Below are positions 60,798 through 64,000 of a DNA stretch of 64,000 nucleotides, one piece after another. Source of the DNA: Azolla caroliniana (taxonomy: Eukaryota > Plantae > Polypodiophyta); NCBI GenBank assembly GCA_043228905.1, contig JBHGNT010000017.1, positions 7,564,001 through 7,628,000 of the forward strand. The letters run 5' to 3'. The number at the start of each line of letters is the position of its first letter. Position 1 is the first letter of the stretch. Both the position numbers and the translations under genes were made by a program. The notes under the pieces were generated by a model. That model was not told the DNA's origin. It saw only the letters and a program-made list of their open reading frames with translations, and did no database searches.

Positions 60798-61940
60798 ATG
60801 GAAACTGTTAGCGCTCAGGAATACCAATCTGTCTTCTCGGAGCTCCAGTGCTTAAAAGAGAAATTTGTAGCACTAGAACAAGAAAATCATCGCTTGTTGG
60901 GGGATCTTCAACAAATAGCGTTGGAAAAACAACAACAACACGGGGAGCTGACACTACGTGTACAACAACTCGAAGCGACTATCATATCATTACAACAACA
61001 AGGATCAAGCACTCAAGGGATTCACAAAGAACCCAAGATCGGTCTTCCTGCAAAATTTGATGGGACCCGATCACAGTTTAGAGGGTTTTTAAATCAGGTA
61101 CGTTTAGTGATACAAATGCAGCCTTCTCGATATCCCACCGATGCATCACGAGTGGGACTAGTAGGCACTCTCCTTAGTGGCTCAGCGTTAGCATGGTTTG
61201 CTCCATTGTTGGAAAAGGATTCTCCATTATTAAACAGTTTTGAAGAATTTATAAGTGAGTTTAAGGCCTGTTTTGGAGATACTGACAGCATAAGGACTGC
61301 AATCAACAAAATCCGGCGATTACGCCAAGGTGATCGTCCAGCTTCCGCATACGCTGCAGATTTCCGCCTACTCGCTGCCGATATCCCTTGGGATGATCAC
61401 GCATTGATGGAGCAATTCCGTTATGGCTTACGCAACGATGTCAAGGATTTACTCTTGACCTTCCCCGAAGAGCCAAAGTCATTAACAGAAGCAATTAGTC
61501 GCGCGGTGAGATGCGACAACCGCCTCTTCGAACGACGTTTGGAACGACAATTCCAGATTCCGAGGGCAAGATCAGAGCCTACCTATGCCTCAGTGGTAGT
61601 GAAACCTTTTCCGAGGGAGTCATATACTGCGCCTCCAGCAAGTACTCCAACTCCAATGGAAATTGACACCACACGTCGTCGTGGACCGCTATCGGAAGAA
61701 GAAAAGCAACGACGCCGAGCAAACCGATTATGTCTTTATTGCGGTGGACCAGGGCATATCGCGGTAAACTGTCCCCATAGGCCAAGAAGGCAGGTAAACC
61801 AAATAGTTGCTAGTTCTGATTGTACTAAACCCGAGTCTATTTCAGTAGGGATATCTGATAGCCCTAATAGTACTAATAGCCCAAATCTAGCGAACAAATT
61901 TGATGTCCTTAGTCAGTTAGAAGAAGAGTTAAACGACTAA
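60798..61940 (+). CDS. gag: Gag (PEG10/sushi-like capsid, CCHC knuckle), 380 aa
   Basis: PAKFDGTRSQFRGFLNQ..LSGSALAWF..LRQGDRPASAYAADFR..PMEID..CLYCGGPGHIAVNC. Confidence 0.93.
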   Translation: METVSAQEYQSVFSELQCLKEKFVALEQENHRLLGDLQQIALEKQQQHGELTLRVQQLEATIISLQQQGSSTQGIHKEPKIGLPAKFDGTRSQFRGFLNQVRLVIQMQPSRYPTDASRVGLVGTLLSGSALAWFAPLLEKDSPLLNSFEEFISEFKACFGDTDSIRTAINKIRRLRQGDRPASAYAADFRLLAADIPWDDHALMEQFRYGLRNDVKDLLLTFPEEPKSLTEAISRAVRCDNRLFERRLERQFQIPRARSEPTYASVVVKPFPRESYTAPPASTPTPMEIDTTRRRGPLSEEEKQRRRANRLCLYCGGPGHIAVNCPHRPRRQVNQIVASSDCTKPESISVGISDSPNSTNSPNLANKFDVLSQLEEELND

Positions 61941-64000
61941 GTCCAGCCAAAATAGGAGCCGTTTGGTTGGACAGCCCTAGATCTGTGCAGCCCATTAGTG
62001 GTTCCATTCCCTCTAAGCAAGTTAGCGATGTGTTCGTAGCCCAAGTAACAGTTAGTACTAAAAGTACTCCTCCAGTACATGTCTTAGCACTTCTAGATTC
62101 CGGAGCTAATTCTTGCTTCATGGATAGGAAATTTGCCCAAGCTCATCAGATATCTCTCAGAAAACTCTCGTGTCCTACCCTTGTAGTAGTCGTCGATGGT
62201 CGTCCCATTGCCTCAGGAAATATCATAGAAGAGTCAGAACCCGTTAATGTTGTCCTAGATAATTTAGCATGTGTCATATCATTTAATATAATTAGCATCC
62301 CAGAACACCCCATTGTCTTAGGATTACCATGGTTCGAATTACATAACCCAGACATAGATTGGCGGACAAGAGAAATCCGGCATCGAAAAGCCCGAGGTTC
62401 TACTCATGAGATTGCAACGATTTCACTACATCAGTTGCGTGAGGAAGGATGCAAGGAAGAAATGTTTCTCTTTGCAATATCAGTAAACCCCTCCAGCACC
62501 CCTAAAGAGGATTCCATCGTTCAACTTCCAGAGAAGTATCATCAGTATGCCGATGTGTTTGATAAAGTACAAGCCAGTACGCTTCCTCACCATCGACCAT
62601 ATGATTGCCCCATCGATTTACAACCGGGGAAAGAACCACCTTGGGGACCGATCTACAATTTATCACCAACCGAACTGGAAGTCCTTCGAGCCTATATAGA
62701 GGAGAATTTGGAGAATGGTTTCATACGACATTCGAAATCTCCAGCCGGCGCACCCATTTTCTTCGTCAAGAAAAAGGATGGCTCACTTCGGCTCGTTGTA
62801 GATTACCGTGGCTTGAATAAGGTTACAATCCGAAATAGGTATGCACTCCCCCTTATCTCAAGTCTTTTAGAACGGATCAATGGTGCCAGGTTCTTCACGA
62901 AGATCGACTTACGGGGAGCCTATAACCTCGTACGGATCCGACCAGGAGATGAATGGAAGACCGCGTTCCGCACCAGATATGGGCACTTCGAGTATACGGT
63001 TATGCCGTTCGGCCTCACTAATGCGCCAGCAGTCTTCCAGCACATGGCAAATGATATTTTCCGAGATCTCTTGGATGTGTGTCTAATCATCTATTTGGAT
63101 GATCTACTGGTTTACTCGAAGACCCAAGAAGAGCATGATTCTCATGTACTGTTAGTACTAAAACGACTTCGAGAACATGGTCTCTATGCAAAACTGGAAA
63201 AATGTAGTTTCGGGTGCAACCAAGTGGAATTTCTCGGCTATGTCATTTCCTCAGAAGGCATCTCCATGGACCCAGCTAAGGTCAAAACGGTGGAAGAATG
63301 GCAGACTCCGTGTTCGGTGCGGGATGTGCAATGCTTTCTAGGCTTTGCCAATTTTTACCGGAAGTTTATAAAGGATTACTCAAAGCTCGTTTTGCCTCTT
63401 ACACAACTTACTAGGAAGGGACAATCATTCGTTTGGTCTGAAGAAGCGGACATGGCTTTTGAGAATCTTAAACAGGCATTTACATCGGCTCCGATTCTAG
63501 CTCACGTTGATCCAGAAAAACCATTCATCATCGAAGCAGACGCATCGGATTTTGCATTGGGAAGCATTCTATCACAACGAGGTAATGATGAAAAGCTACA
63601 TCCTGTGGCTTTTCACTCACGCAAGTTTGACGCCGCCGAAATCAACTACGAAATTCATGATAAAGAGTTATTGGCTATAGTGGACTCTTTTATGCAATGG
63701 AGGCATTTTCTAGAGGGATCTTCTCATCAAGTCACTGTATTCAGTGACCACAAAAACCTCGCCTATTTTCAAGACGCTCGTGTGTTAAATCGACGTCAAG
63801 CTCGGTGGGCCCATTTTCTCACGCGTTTCGACTTCAAGATTACATATCGACCTGGGAAACATCAAGGGAAAGCAGATGCATTATCACGGCGTTCGTACCT
63901 AGCACCGCGTCCCGGCGAGCCAGCTTTTGATAACCAAAAGCAAGTAATCTTGGGACCGGCACGACTGCAAGCAACACAGGTCTTTGGCATGCCCATGGAT
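61928..64000 (+). CDS. pol: Pol (PR-RT-RNase H, partial) in the -1 frame relative to gag
   Basis: ALLDSGANSCF, FFVKKKDGSLRLVVDYRGLN, IYLDDLL, IEADASDFALG, YEIHDKELLAIV, ADALSR. Absent from the ORF track, consistent with no stop before the window end. Confidence 0.92.

Larger units (their letters stand above)
60283..64000 (+). mobile_element. Tf1/sushi/Tcn1-like gypsy element, apparently young: 5' LTR 60283-60703, gag, pol running off the window
   Basis: LTR TGTCATGA..CCTGACA related to 38294-38701; intact gag; pol without a visible stop. Confidence 0.95.

Overview
Eukaryotic, land-plant genomic DNA. A fern or other non-seed plant is my inference from the PLS-type PPR remnant and the LTR lineages. 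One intact host gene is present: a 7-exon plant DYRK/DYRKP-type Ser/Thr kinase (41154-48181, +). It is surrounded by nested retroelements: Ty1/copia remnants, L1-type LINE fragments, three related non-chromoviral Ty3/gypsy elements (one full-length, 27720-37825) that all carry a large extra ORF after pol, Tf1/Tcn1-like chromoviruses (one apparently young, 60283 to window end), several solo LTRs with verified TSDs, hAT-like MITEs and a PPR pseudogene. The most unusual observations: (1) two gypsy elements have no polypurine tract and instead carry a hairpin resembling the 3' half of tRNA-Arg(UCU), an inverted counterpart of the PBS, just before the 3' LTR; (2) antisense tRNA-like A/B-box cassettes lie near the 5' end of LTRs from two distinct LTR families; (3) the extra post-pol ORF has two conserved blocks in three divergent elements; (4) a 40-bp exact copy of the kinase exon 2 fills a rearrangement junction 16 kb upstream. 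All alignments were done by eye; no database searches were run.
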